NCBI GenBank assembly: GCA_963764165.1 | Contig: CAVXRD010000002.1 | Location: 992,001 to 1,056,000, forward strand | Source: an uncultured Verrucomicrobiae bacterium | Lineage (GTDB): Bacteria > Verrucomicrobiota > Verrucomicrobiia > Limisphaerales > Palsa-1400 | Direction: 5' to 3' | Length of the DNA stretch: 64,000 nt | Shown: positions 40,479 to 50,170 of the stretch, piece after piece | Layout: each line of letters starts with the position of its first letter | How positions within the stretch are numbered: the first letter of the stretch is position 1 | The notes under the pieces: model-generated | Seen by the model: the letters and a program-made list of their open reading frames with translations, nothing else | What the model was told of the DNA's origin: nothing | The model's database searches: none | Made by a program: the position numbers and the translations under genes

Positions 40479-41720
40479 TTACGGCTGGGCTTGGGCCTGG
40501 GCGGGCGCCGGCGCCGTCTTCGGCTGGTTCAGGCGCGCCTGCACGTTGGTCGTGGCCACCGGCGGATGCGCCATATAAGTCCCGCCCGGACGCGCGCGCG
40601 CGGGGTAGACCATCACCGGAACGTGAATCGTCGGCGTGTGCGGATCGTTCGAATTGGCGGTGATCTCCGGCCGTTTGCCCGGCTCAGTTTGAAAGCCGGG
40701 AGGAAATGCGACCTCGAGAATAAACGCGCCGGGCATCGAGCCGGGCTTCAAATCCAAGACCAGGCGCGGATCGGTTGCCATCAAGTTGGTCAATTCCAAC
40801 AGCCGTTTGCCCATGCCTCGGATGTTGATCTTATTCGTCGTCCATGTGTCTGGGGAGCCGTTGAAGAAAATCTGCGGCGGCTGCACTTGAAGAGTCGGCT
40901 CGACCCGCGCCAGCGCATTCAGCGTCACCGAACCGATGACCGGGTTGGACGTGTCAATTTTGATCAACCCGCTCGTCGTGTTCTGGGGAAAAGGCGGGTT
41001 CACCGTGATGGCCAGCTCCCACTCCATGCCGGCCCGAAGCTCCTTAAGCCGCACGACAAAATTTGAATTGACGCTTGTAATCTTGCCGAGTGACACCGGT
41101 TTTTCCATCTGGTTCACGAGGCGCACGGTGGTGGAAACTGAATTAGTGGCATCCGCCGCGATGGAAAGGAGCGGGTTGGAAGGCGAGATGTCGATGGCCT
41201 TTGTAATCGTGCCCGTCAGCGTCAGCATCCGCATTGGCGGGCCGTCGACAGCGTTGCAATAGACGTCGACATGGCGGGTAATGGGGCCGTTGAACCCCGT
41301 CGAATCAAATTGAATCGAAATCCCTCCCGTCTGTCCCGGTTCGACGGCATGAGACCAATCGCCCAGGGCGGTGCAATGGCAGCCGGGATGAACATTGGTA
41401 ATGATGAGGGTCGAGTTGCCCGTATTGGTCATGATATAAGTATGGCGCACCTTCTCGCCCACCAAAATCTTGCCAAAATTGAACGACATATTATCAAAAG
41501 CAATCTTCGGCCCCGCGGACGCCATTCCGGGCTTGCCCGCCATCGCCGCCGCCCGAGGGAGAGCAGGGGCGCCCACCGCAGCCGCATTCGACGCCGCAGG
41601 CGCGGTGGCGGAGGGCGCGGGCGCAGTGGGTTGCGCCGAGACGCGGGACCCCGAGAAAGCCGCGGCCAGAAAAACAAGCGCAGCGCAAAAGCGAAAGAAT
41701 TTCATATACGGCATCAACAT
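40479..41720 (-). CDS. DUF1573-domain secreted protein
   Basis: Signal peptide; FNFG...NTGN..L.I..V..GCHCT...PG..G.I motif followed by further Ig-like units. Confidence 0.85.
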   Translation of the reverse strand: MLMPYMKFFRFCAALVFLAAAFSGSRVSAQPTAPAPSATAPAASNAAAVGAPALPRAAAMAGKPGMASAGPKIAFDNMSFNFGKILVGEKVRHTYIMTNTGNSTLIITNVHPGCHCTALGDWSHAVEPGQTGGISIQFDSTGFNGPITRHVDVYCNAVDGPPMRMLTLTGTITKAIDISPSNPLLSIAADATNSVSTTVRLVNQMEKPVSLGKITSVNSNFVVRLKELRAGMEWELAITVNPPFPQNTTSGLIKIDTSNPVIGSVTLNALARVEPTLQVQPPQIFFNGSPDTWTTNKINIRGMGKRLLELTNLMATDPRLVLDLKPGSMPGAFILEVAFPPGFQTEPGKRPEITANSNDPHTPTIHVPVMVYPARARPGGTYMAHPPVATTNVQARLNQPKTAPAPAQAQAQP

Positions 41721-41979
41721 GACATGAGCAAATTACGGCATCCCAATAAATGGCTAAACACGGCCAAAGTCAAGCGGGGAAGGGCAATTGCCCTTGCTAG
41801 CCTATACTGCCGCCCAAAAGGCGTTCATCGTAAGCCGCGATTGAAACGGCCCTGAAGAGAAGACCAAAATCAATAATCTCTTGGACGGGCACTTCCTTGA
41901 GACTGTCTACGAGAGCGCGCAGAGGAACACCAACACAAATCCACACCCACTGAAAACAGCGTGGAACCGCTTTTCCCAA

Positions 41980-42010
41980 GTCTGCGCTGATCTGCGCCCG
42001 TCTGCGGCTA
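41980..42010. repeat. Solo arm of the CGCAGAT family
   Basis: gtctgcgctg atctgcgccc gtctgcggct resembles 31861-31890. Confidence 0.7.
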
Positions 42011-42724
42011 TTTCCCGCCCCCCTAGATTCAATTTTCGCCATTTTTCTTCCAAAAACCGTGCCCAAAACCTCTGGTAGGTTTTCCATGCCGCGCCATCCG
42101 TGCCAAAGTGCGCTCATGTGTATTGCAAATATCGGGGCCACAGCGACGGAGTTTCCACCGCCTCCCACGCGGGTTCCTCACATTTTCAGTCGGATGAAAT
42201 ACGGCCAACGCCGCTTTTGCGGGAAAGGAACGTTGCACTCTATTGCACCCTATTGCACCTACGGTTTTTTGCGCCCAGCTTGCACCCTCCAAAACAGGTC
42301 TCCGGCAAAAAGCTGGCACAAAGCCGGCACCATGCTGTTGAGAGGGAAACGGCTGCGCAGCAGATTTTTGCGCAAAGCGAGGAGTGAGCTGCAGGCATGT
42401 CCGCCATGGACCTGTAAGCCGCGAAAGACGAAGCCTTTGCGAAAAGAGATCAAGCAGACACTCCCGATTCAACTGGATGGCGTCGGCTACGATTCTCATT
42501 CCACGGAAAAACAGCGAGGAAGGCCTTGTTGCCTCTTAAACGCCTTACAATCAATGATGCCGCGCAGGCCGGCGCTTTTTTGGAGATAATGTGATCTGGA
42601 ACTTTCATGAGGCATACGCCAAAAGGCGTATTGAGGTTGGGGCCGGGCTTGTTGCAATTTGCCGGTCGCCGACAGTATTCTTGGCCCGAACTATGAACGC
42701 CGCCAAAACCTAATTCGACGCGGT

Positions 42725-45397
42725 ATGCTCAAATTGAGAGACATCCGCCGCGCCGCAATTTTGTTCGCGTGGTTTATTGCCGCCGGCTACTCCTACGCCC
42801 AAACAAATTCCCCGGGGCCAACGAATGTGCTGACGACGGCCCGGCAAGTACTTGACCTGGCTTTGGAACGCGCGCGTCCCGGAAACATCCCTGTTCACAT
42901 CCGGGGTGTTTTGACGCACCAGGATGTTTTTACACCGCGCTGGATTTTTCTTCAGGATCAAACGGCGGCCATCCTGTTGCGTCTGAATGAAACCAACTTT
43001 CCCTTTGTGCCCGGCCAGTTGATTGAGGCGGAGGGTGTTGCGGAAGCGGGCGGGATTTTGCCGATCGTTCACGTCTCAAAGTATCGCGTGATCGGGGAAG
43101 GCGACATGCCGCGCCCCAAATTCATCGATGCGCCGCACCTGGTGGTTGGAGACGATTACGCGAACTGGTCCAGCATCGAAGGGACTGTGCGCGATGTCGC
43201 AGTGACCAAGGGCCGCCTGGTTTTGCTGTGCGCCGATGGAGCCGACCATTTTCAAGTTTGGATCACGCACCGGCAAGAAATGACTCTTCCCCTTGACCTT
43301 CTTGACGCGCGGGTGCGCCTGGAGGGGATTCCATTCCTGGCGATTGATGACGATGGCCGCGCCTCGGGTTTCATTTTTCATCAAAATGGCACCAACGACA
43401 TCACCATCCTCAAGCCAGGCACATCAAACATATTCATCCGGCCACTGGCGGCCATTGAGAACCTGCGCGGGCGCGTCGCGGACCGGTCCTCCCGCGTGAG
43501 AACATCCGGTGTCGTGACATTCTCGTCGCCGGATGGCTGGCTGGCGATCCAAAACGGAACCGAACCGCTGGTGGCGCATTTGCTCAAACCCATTCATCCC
43601 GATGAAGACACCAAAGGGCAATTTCCCAAGCGCGAATTTCCGCCGTTGAAAGTGGGAGACCAAATCGAATTGGTTGGCGCGCCTGCCTTGACCAATTCAA
43701 GCGTGCCCGATCTTCAAGATGTGGAATACCGCATCATCGGCCACGCGCCTGTTCCTGCTCCAGAGGAAGTTTCTATCAAGTCCCTGGCATCCGGCAAGCA
43801 CGACGGCGAGCTGGTGACGTTTCAGGCCCAGGTGGTCGATGCTGAGAACCATTATGTGGCCCACGTCATTGACGTGGAACGGCATCACGACGTCGATCTT
43901 TATCAAGACAATGTCTGGCTGCAAACCGACGGCGCCATTCTTGAAGGGATTTTGGAAACGGAGAGAGCGGCGCCCCTGCCCATCGCGCGGAATGAATTTG
44001 TAACCGTCACCGGCATTTGCCGCGTTGAACCGGGCCAGCCCGAACAGGCGCGGCCGGTGAAGATTTACTTTCGCGGCGCGGAGGACATTGTGCATCGCGA
44101 TCCGCCGCCTTGGTGGCACTCGCGCCGAACGGTTACGATACTTTCGATCACAACGGCCGTGGCGCTGATGACGGCTGCGTGGATAACCCTGCTGCGCCGG
44201 CGGGTAAGCCAGCGCACGGCTCAGCTTCGCGAGGAAGCCATCGAGCGCCAGAAGGCGGAGGTTCATCTCGTGCGCTTCAAAGCTGTTATTGACGCAACGA
44301 CGGACCTGGTCGGCATTTCCTCGCTGGATGGCAAAACCATTTATATCAACGAAGCCGGGAGGAAAATGCTGCAAGTTCCGGACGACGTTGATGTGACGGG
44401 GCTGCCCATGTCCCGATTTTATCCCGAGGATGTGAACCGCTTTTTCACAAAGGTTGCCATTCCGCAGGCGATGCGGGACGGCTTTTGGGCCGGTGAACTG
44501 CGTTTGCGCGGCTGGCACGGACAGGAAATTCCGGTTTCGTTCGTCGGCAGCGCGGTCAAAGGCGACGACGGCAAACCGCTGCATTTGTCCTGCATCGCGC
44601 GCGACATTTCCGAGAGGAAAAAGATCGAGGACCAATTGCGTTGGGCGCTGGCGGAGGAAAAGGAATTGAACCGCCTCAAGAGCAATTTCATTTCGATGGT
44701 CACCCACGAGATTCGCACGCCCTTGGCGCTGATTCTCAGTTCGTCGGAGATTTTATCGCGCTACCTTGAGCGGCTGCTCCCGGAAAAACGGGCCGGCCAC
44801 TTGCGCAACATTGATGCGGCGGTGCTGCGGATGAGCGCGCTGATGGAAGACGTGCTGCTCTTCAGCAAGGCCGAGGCGGGGCGGATGGAGTTCAATCCCA
44901 TCACGATGGACTTGCGGCATTTCTGCGGGCAAATCGTCGAGGAAATTGCGTCCGCGACCAATCACAAGTGCCCCGTTGAATTGTCGGTGGCGCCCTTTCA
45001 CGAATCCGCCCGCGGCGACGAGCATCTGCTTCGCCACATCATCGCGAATCTTCTTGGCAACGCCATCAAATATTCGCGCGCCGGCTCGGCGGTGAAGCTT
45101 TCGGTGACACTGGAGGATGGCGACGCGCATTTTGTGGTGAAGGACCGCGGCATGGGAATTTCGCAGGAGGATTTGCGCCGACTGTTCACGCCATTTTATC
45201 GTGGAAAGAATGCGGCGCCCCAGCAGGGGACGGGATTGGGCCTCGTGATTGTCAAACATTGCGTTGAGCGCCACGGAGGCGTCATTGAGATCGAGAGCAT
45301 CCAGAACGCAGGCACGACTGTCAGTGTGCGGCTGCCGCTTTTTTCGCCGAATCACACGGAGTTCATCAAGCGGATTTCGAAACAGGAAACCACATGA
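42725..45397 (+). CDS. Sensor histidine kinase (repeated ectodomain, TM, PAS, HisKA, HATPase)
   Basis: Signal peptide, VLTTARQV, PPPWW-TM, PAS ending RDISE, THEIRTPL, NLLGNAIKY, GTGLGL. Confidence 0.92.
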   Translation: MLKLRDIRRAAILFAWFIAAGYSYAQTNSPGPTNVLTTARQVLDLALERARPGNIPVHIRGVLTHQDVFTPRWIFLQDQTAAILLRLNETNFPFVPGQLIEAEGVAEAGGILPIVHVSKYRVIGEGDMPRPKFIDAPHLVVGDDYANWSSIEGTVRDVAVTKGRLVLLCADGADHFQVWITHRQEMTLPLDLLDARVRLEGIPFLAIDDDGRASGFIFHQNGTNDITILKPGTSNIFIRPLAAIENLRGRVADRSSRVRTSGVVTFSSPDGWLAIQNGTEPLVAHLLKPIHPDEDTKGQFPKREFPPLKVGDQIELVGAPALTNSSVPDLQDVEYRIIGHAPVPAPEEVSIKSLASGKHDGELVTFQAQVVDAENHYVAHVIDVERHHDVDLYQDNVWLQTDGAILEGILETERAAPLPIARNEFVTVTGICRVEPGQPEQARPVKIYFRGAEDIVHRDPPPWWHSRRTVTILSITTAVALMTAAWITLLRRRVSQRTAQLREEAIERQKAEVHLVRFKAVIDATTDLVGISSLDGKTIYINEAGRKMLQVPDDVDVTGLPMSRFYPEDVNRFFTKVAIPQAMRDGFWAGELRLRGWHGQEIPVSFVGSAVKGDDGKPLHLSCIARDISERKKIEDQLRWALAEEKELNRLKSNFISMVTHEIRTPLALILSSSEILSRYLERLLPEKRAGHLRNIDAAVLRMSALMEDVLLFSKAEAGRMEFNPITMDLRHFCGQIVEEIASATNHKCPVELSVAPFHESARGDEHLLRHIIANLLGNAIKYSRAGSAVKLSVTLEDGDAHFVVKDRGMGISQEDLRRLFTPFYRGKNAAPQQGTGLGLVIVKHCVERHGGVIEIESIQNAGTTVSVRLPLFSPNHTEFIKRISKQETT

Positions 45398-46023
45398 AGA
45401 GAATACTCGTAATTGAAGACGAACCCGGAATGCTGTCGAATCTGCGCGACATCCTGGAAATGGAGAATTTCGAGCCGCTGCTGGCGCCCGACGGCGAGGA
45501 GGGAATCGCCGCCGCAAAGCGCGAACTGCCCGATCTCATCCTGTGCGATGTGCTCATGCCAAAGCAGGACGGCCACGAAGTCCTCACGGCGTTGCGGGCC
45601 GAAAACGCGACTGCGCGCATCCCGTTTATATTTTTGACAGCAAAAGGCGAGCACGCGGACGTTCGCATGGGCATGACGCTCGGCGCGGATGATTATCTCA
45701 TCAAGCCCGTGAAGGTCGACGATTTGCTCGAGGCCATTTCCGCCCGTCTCGAACGCGCCCAGCAGCAATGCGGATTCGAAGCCAGTTTCAGCTCGCCCAA
45801 ACCGCTGGAAGGATTGGGAATTTCGCCTCGCGAATCGGAAATTCTATTCTGGGTCGCACAGGGGAAAACAAATTACGAGGCGGGAGTCATTTTGAACATC
45901 AGCACGGCCACGGTGAAAAAACATCTCGAGCACATCTACGAAAAACTGGGCGTGGAAGGCCGCAATGCCGCAACGCTGATCGCGCTAAAAACACTGGGGA
46001 CACATACGCAAACCCAAAGGTAG
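45394..46023 (+). CDS. Response regulator, receiver plus LuxR HTH
   Basis: VIEDE, LCDVLMP, FLTAK, KP; ISPRESEIL.W...GKTN...TVKKH. Confidence 0.94.
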   Translation: MKRILVIEDEPGMLSNLRDILEMENFEPLLAPDGEEGIAAAKRELPDLILCDVLMPKQDGHEVLTALRAENATARIPFIFLTAKGEHADVRMGMTLGADDYLIKPVKVDDLLEAISARLERAQQQCGFEASFSSPKPLEGLGISPRESEILFWVAQGKTNYEAGVILNISTATVKKHLEHIYEKLGVEGRNAATLIALKTLGTHTQTQR

Positions 46024-46118
46024 ACGCCTCGCCGAGGTGTCCGGTTGCGCGTGGTTTATGCGACAGCTTTCGCATGCAGAGAGCCTCACCCCGGACGCCT
46101 CGGCGAGGCGTCCCTACC
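46019..46118. repeat. REPIN-like doublet, family A
   Basis: ggtagacgcctcgccgaggtgtccgg ... ccggacgcctcggcgaggcgtccctacc; GTAG end overlaps the regulator stop codon. Confidence 0.85.
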
Positions 46119-46232
46119 CGCTTCGCGGCCAGAATCCCGCCGACGTTCTCTTCGAATTACGAAATCAGACCGTTGACATTCGGGTTGTTTTGGCTACGTT
46201 GTCTGTCCTTTTAATAGAAAACGATTTTAAAT

Positions 46233-46526
46233 ATGCCTAATACGAAGTCAGCCGGGCGCCGGATGAGAAACAGCGCCCGCAAGCAGTTGCAAAACCAAAC
46301 GGTGAAATCCCGTCTGCACACTTTGGAATCGAGCTACGCCAAATTCCTGGCCGCGGGCAAGAAAGACGACGCCGCCAAGACGCTGCGCTCGCTCGTTTCC
46401 GCCCTCGACAAAGCCGTCAAGACCGGTGTCATTCACAAGGCGCGCTCCAGCCGCCATAAATCCCGCTTGAGCATCCGCTTGAACGGCCTCAGCAAGGCGC
46501 CCGCCGCCGCCCCCGCCGCGAGCTGA
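46233..46526 (+). CDS. rpsT: 30S ribosomal protein S20
   Basis: MPNTKSA.RR.R, LDKAVKTGVIHK...R.KSRL; TTGACA-N16-TACGTT upstream. Confidence 0.96.
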   Translation: MPNTKSAGRRMRNSARKQLQNQTVKSRLHTLESSYAKFLAAGKKDDAAKTLRSLVSALDKAVKTGVIHKARSSRHKSRLSIRLNGLSKAPAAAPAAS

Positions 46527-46550
46527 CGCTCCCCCGTGGGTCGGGAGATC

Positions 46551-47363
46551 ATGATCCACCCCTCAGCCATCGTCAGCCCGGGCGCGCAACTGGATTCATC
46601 GGCCGAAGTCGGGCCTTATGCGGTTATTGACGCGGGCGTTTCCATTGGGCCGCGCTGCCGGATTGGGCCGCATGTTTGTTTGACAGGCCGCACTTCCATT
46701 GGGCCGGACAACTCATTTCACGCCCATTGCGTCATTGGGGACGCTCCCCAGGACGTCAAATATAAGAACGATCCCACCGGCCTTCGCATCGGCGCAAACA
46801 ACGTTTTCCGGGAAGGCTCGACAGTCCATCGCTCCAACAAAATGGAGGAGGACACCGTCATCGGCTCAAATTGCATGCTGATGGTCAATTCGCACGTCGC
46901 GCACAATGTTCATATGGGCGACCACGTCACGCTGGCCAACGGGGCGCTTTTGGCCGGCCACGCGCAGGTGGGTGACCGCGCGTTCATCTCCGGCAATTGC
47001 CTCGTGCATCAATTCGTCCGCATCGGAAAGCTGGCGATGATGCAGGGCGGTTCTGCCGTCAGCCGGGATTTGCCGCCGTTTACCATTGCGCGAGGAGGAA
47101 ACAATATATGCGGGCTGAACACCGTCGGACTGCGCCGCGCTGGACTGAGCGCCGACGATCGAATGGAATTGCGGCGGCTTTATCACAAGCTATTCCGCTC
47201 GAGATCGAAATTTTCGCAGACTCTTGCCGAAGCCAAAGAGGAATTTCACACGGAAGCCGCGCGCGAATTGTTGAATTTTGTCTCCTCAAGCAAAAGCGGC
47301 GTGTGCCATGATCATGGCGCGGTCTACGGGCAATCCGTCTCGGATGAACCCGGCATTGACTAA
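46551..47363 (+). CDS. lpxA: UDP-N-acetylglucosamine O-acyltransferase
   Basis: MIHPSA, hexapeptide repeats, PQDVKY, FRE..TVHR, HVAHN, LAGH, HQF, GLNTVGLRR. Confidence 0.95.
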   Translation: MIHPSAIVSPGAQLDSSAEVGPYAVIDAGVSIGPRCRIGPHVCLTGRTSIGPDNSFHAHCVIGDAPQDVKYKNDPTGLRIGANNVFREGSTVHRSNKMEEDTVIGSNCMLMVNSHVAHNVHMGDHVTLANGALLAGHAQVGDRAFISGNCLVHQFVRIGKLAMMQGGSAVSRDLPPFTIARGGNNICGLNTVGLRRAGLSADDRMELRRLYHKLFRSRSKFSQTLAEAKEEFHTEAARELLNFVSSSKSGVCHDHGAVYGQSVSDEPGID

Positions 47364-47431
47364 CCTTTTTGTCCCGCGCAAATTTGGGAAAACGTGTGGC
47401 CCTGAACCTGGAAATTTGAACGAAACATTTT

Positions 47432-48511
47432 ATGCCCCCGAAAGCTGAAAAATCCGCTGAGAAGTCTGCTGATAAATCCACCGACTCCAAAAACACGCCC
47501 GCTCGCCAGCGTGACCTGGATGCTGCCATTTCCTCCATCACGAAAGCCTACGGCGATGGCAGCATCATGCGCCTTGGCGACGCGCGCGCCAAAGTCGGCA
47601 TCGAGTTTATCCCGACCGGCGCGCTGGCTGTTGATCTCGCGCTGGGCATTGGCGGCGTGCCGCGCGGGCGCGTCGTGGAAATTTTCGGCCCGGAATCCTC
47701 CGGCAAAACGACCCTCATGCTGCACGTCATCGCCAACGCCCAAAAAGCGGGCGGGCTGGCCGCGTTCATCGACGCCGAACATGCTCTCGACCCCGCATAC
47801 GCCAAGAAACTTGGAGTCAACCTCGACGATTTGCTCGTTTCCCAACCCGACAGCGGCGAAGAAGCGCTGAGCATCTGTGAAACGCTGGCCCGCTCCAACG
47901 CGCTGGATGTCATTGTTATTGACTCTGTCGCGGCGCTCGTTCCAAAGGCGGAATTGGAAGGGGAAATGGGAATGGCCACGATGGGCATGCAGGCGCGCCT
48001 GATGAGCCAGGCCCTTCGCAAGCTGACCGCCATCCTCAACAAGTCCAAGACCACCTGCATTTTCACCAACCAGTTGCGCGAAAAAGTCGGCGTGATGTTC
48101 GGAAATCCCGAGACGACGCCGGGAGGCAAGGCGCTGAAATTCTACGCCAGCATCCGCATCGACATCCGCCGCCGCGACACGTTGAAAGACGCCGCCGGCA
48201 ACGCCATCGGCAACGCCGTCAAGGTGAAGATTGTCAAGAACAAGGTCGCCCCGCCCTTCGCGGAAGCCGAGTTTGAAATCATCTACAATCACGGCATCAA
48301 CAAAGAAGGAAGCATTATTGACATCGGCATCGCTCAAGGTGTTGTTGACAAGAAAGGCGCCTGGCTCCAATTTGAGGGCGACTTGATCGGCCAGGGCAAA
48401 GACGCCGCCCGCCAGGCCCTCGCCGACAAGCCGGAGCTGGCCCAGAAGATAATTGCGGCCATCATGGCGAAGCGGTCGGGCGCAACGGCGACCGCGGCGG
48501 AAACGAAGTGA
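47432..48511 (+). CDS. recA: Recombinase RecA
   Basis: [55 protein letters not shown]. Confidence 0.99.
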   Translation: MPPKAEKSAEKSADKSTDSKNTPARQRDLDAAISSITKAYGDGSIMRLGDARAKVGIEFIPTGALAVDLALGIGGVPRGRVVEIFGPESSGKTTLMLHVIANAQKAGGLAAFIDAEHALDPAYAKKLGVNLDDLLVSQPDSGEEALSICETLARSNALDVIVIDSVAALVPKAELEGEMGMATMGMQARLMSQALRKLTAILNKSKTTCIFTNQLREKVGVMFGNPETTPGGKALKFYASIRIDIRRRDTLKDAAGNAIGNAVKVKIVKNKVAPPFAEAEFEIIYNHGINKEGSIIDIGIAQGVVDKKGAWLQFEGDLIGQGKDAARQALADKPELAQKIIAAIMAKRSGATATAAETK

Positions 48512-48513
48512 GG

Positions 48514-48543
48514 CACGGTAGGGCGAGGCTCCCGCCGAGCCGT
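48514..48543 (+). repeat. GTAG-type REP, family B
   Basis: cacggtagggcgaggctcccgccgagccgt, identical to 59581-59610. Confidence 0.85.
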
Positions 48544-48816
48544 TCCCATTATTCGCATAGAACAGGATTTGCAGGATGGGGAACAAGCGGGAAGGACATC
48601 TGCCTTGTGTGCGAAAAACTTTTCAACACCGGCAAAATTCGGCATGATGCCCGAAGTTTCCGAAATCAATCGAAGATTGTTGCGAGCGCGACGGCGGGCA
48701 AACATTTTGCATGACGAAACGAAAAACAAAACGCGCAAAAAGCGACGACTGACGAATGGCCCTGATGGTCCCGGATTCGCGCTTGATTTTGAACGCGAGG
48801 ACTTTAATTTATTGGC

Positions 48817-49068
48817 ATGGCTGAAACGATTCCACTTTCTGTCCCGGATGACCTGCTCAGTGAAGTCAAAGAAACGGCCAGATTGACAAATCTGTCCGTC
48901 CAGGACGTTTTTCGACAATCCGCCAAAATCGCCAAGCCTGTCTTGCGGCAATCGGCCCGCCCGCCGCAGCCGGGTCAACTCTCTGCGTGGGATGCGTTGG
49001 CCTCGGGACGCGGACTCAAATTGGAGTTCACTCCCGCTGCCGGGAAGGTCAAGAAGATCTCCTTGTGA
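48817..49068 (+). CDS. Putative antitoxin (ribbon-helix-helix-like)
   Basis: 83 aa, IPLSVPDDLL..V...A....S..DV.R; GTGA overlap with the PIN remnant. Confidence 0.7.
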   Translation: MAETIPLSVPDDLLSEVKETARLTNLSVQDVFRQSAKIAKPVLRQSARPPQPGQLSAWDALASGRGLKLEFTPAAGKVKKISL

Positions 49069-49244
49069 TCTTTCTGCTCGACACCAATGTTCTCAGTGAA
49101 AATGCCAAGGGTTCATTGGAACTCCGCGATTCGTTCATTGCCGCAACCGCTTCCGCCAGGAATTGGACGGTGGCCACGAGCAACACCCGTGATTTTGCGC
49201 TGCTCGGAGTCCAGACATTCAATCCTTGGATTGAAAAGCTCTAA
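49065..49244 (+). pseudogene. VapC/PIN toxin with large in-frame internal deletion
   Basis: FLLDTNVLSE fused almost directly to DSFIAATA...VATSNTRDF...G....NPW; only 59 aa. Confidence 0.8.
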
Positions 49245-49379
49245 GGACCCTTTCCCGCTTGAACCCGGAAACGAAGGCGCAGATGACGGCGGCGCAGACT
49301 TGGGGCATGGTTATGAAGCTGCCCGGAGAAAAAGCAAATGACAGAAGTCGCATATGTGATTATGTCGGTCTGACACCTT

Positions 49380-49585
49380 CTTCGGCGGGACTGTCTTCTC
49401 TTAATCTCTGGCGGATGCGGGCTTTTTATTCTGCTTACCGGGATCGAGTCGAAATTCTATCACAAGCTGTGACAGAATCCTCCCCGCAAAAACTGTCACA
49501 AGCTGTGAAAGATTCCAAAAGGGCAATTCTCTCACAGCCTGTGAGAGAATCGGCTTCATCGGCTCCGCCAGCGACACAGGAATGA
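49380..49585 (+). pseudogene. DUF1016/YhcG-like fragment
   Basis: GLSSLNLWRMRAFYSAY followed by ILSQAVTES-type repeats; N-terminus and nuclease domain absent. Confidence 0.72.
49454..49550. repeat. Three 25-bp palindromes at exact 36-bp period
   Basis: attctatcacaagctgtgacagaat (49454), aaactgtcacaagctgtgaaagatt (49490), attctctcacagcctgtgagagaat (49526). Confidence 0.85.
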
Positions 49586-49639
49586 TAAATTTTTGCCTTG
49601 AGAAAAAATTATAAGCACTCGATCACGTTACAGTTGGTT

Positions 49640-50071
49640 ATGGTTTATAAAACGCCCCTCATACTCAGCTTGGCAGTCGCACTGGTCTGCGGTGGGCTGG
49701 GGTGCGCGACGAAGCCGGACTCGATCGACCGGCTTGTCGCCGCTCTTTCGGCGGCTTCCGGCCTTTATTTGAACGGTTTTCCACGCGGTTCATCTCTCCC
49801 TCAGTCTGCGTCGAATGAACAATTGGTTATAGAGGCTTTTCGCACGACCGAATTCGATCCCGGGCGCGTAACTAAATATCGGATTTTGAAGATTCGACAT
49901 GTTTCCGTGGGGGAAGGTTCCTTTTCACACATGTATACCGCGATTCTTGCAGATACAAATTTGGGCAAAAAGATTGTGTTGACGTGCTACGTTAAAGGCG
50001 ACGGCTCAACAGCCGGGTATTGGTGGCGCCGAATTTACGGCGTCGATCCATCAAACCTTCGCTACTATTAA
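49640..50071 (+). CDS. Hypothetical lipoprotein
   Basis: Hydrophobic N-terminus ending GLG-C; no recognised domain. Confidence 0.65.
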   Translation: MVYKTPLILSLAVALVCGGLGCATKPDSIDRLVAALSAASGLYLNGFPRGSSLPQSASNEQLVIEAFRTTEFDPGRVTKYRILKIRHVSVGEGSFSHMYTAILADTNLGKKIVLTCYVKGDGSTAGYWWRRIYGVDPSNLRYY

Positions 50072-50170
50072 AATGCGCATCTCCATCCAACAGCCAATTT
50101 CAGGAGGTGTCGGCTCCAGCGTAACTTTAGTTGTAAAATAGTGTTAAAATGCAAGGTTAGCGATCAGCGC

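Noticed and set aside
39543..41066. 507-aa plus-strand ORF and similar long antisense ORFs (37381-38607, 47360-48586, 54781-56235, 59823-61268)
   Set aside because: They lie opposite well-supported genes and have no motifs; expected in GC-rich DNA.
49454..49550. CRISPR array
   Set aside because: Only three degenerate repeats, 11-bp spacers, in frame within a DUF1016 fragment, and no cas genes.
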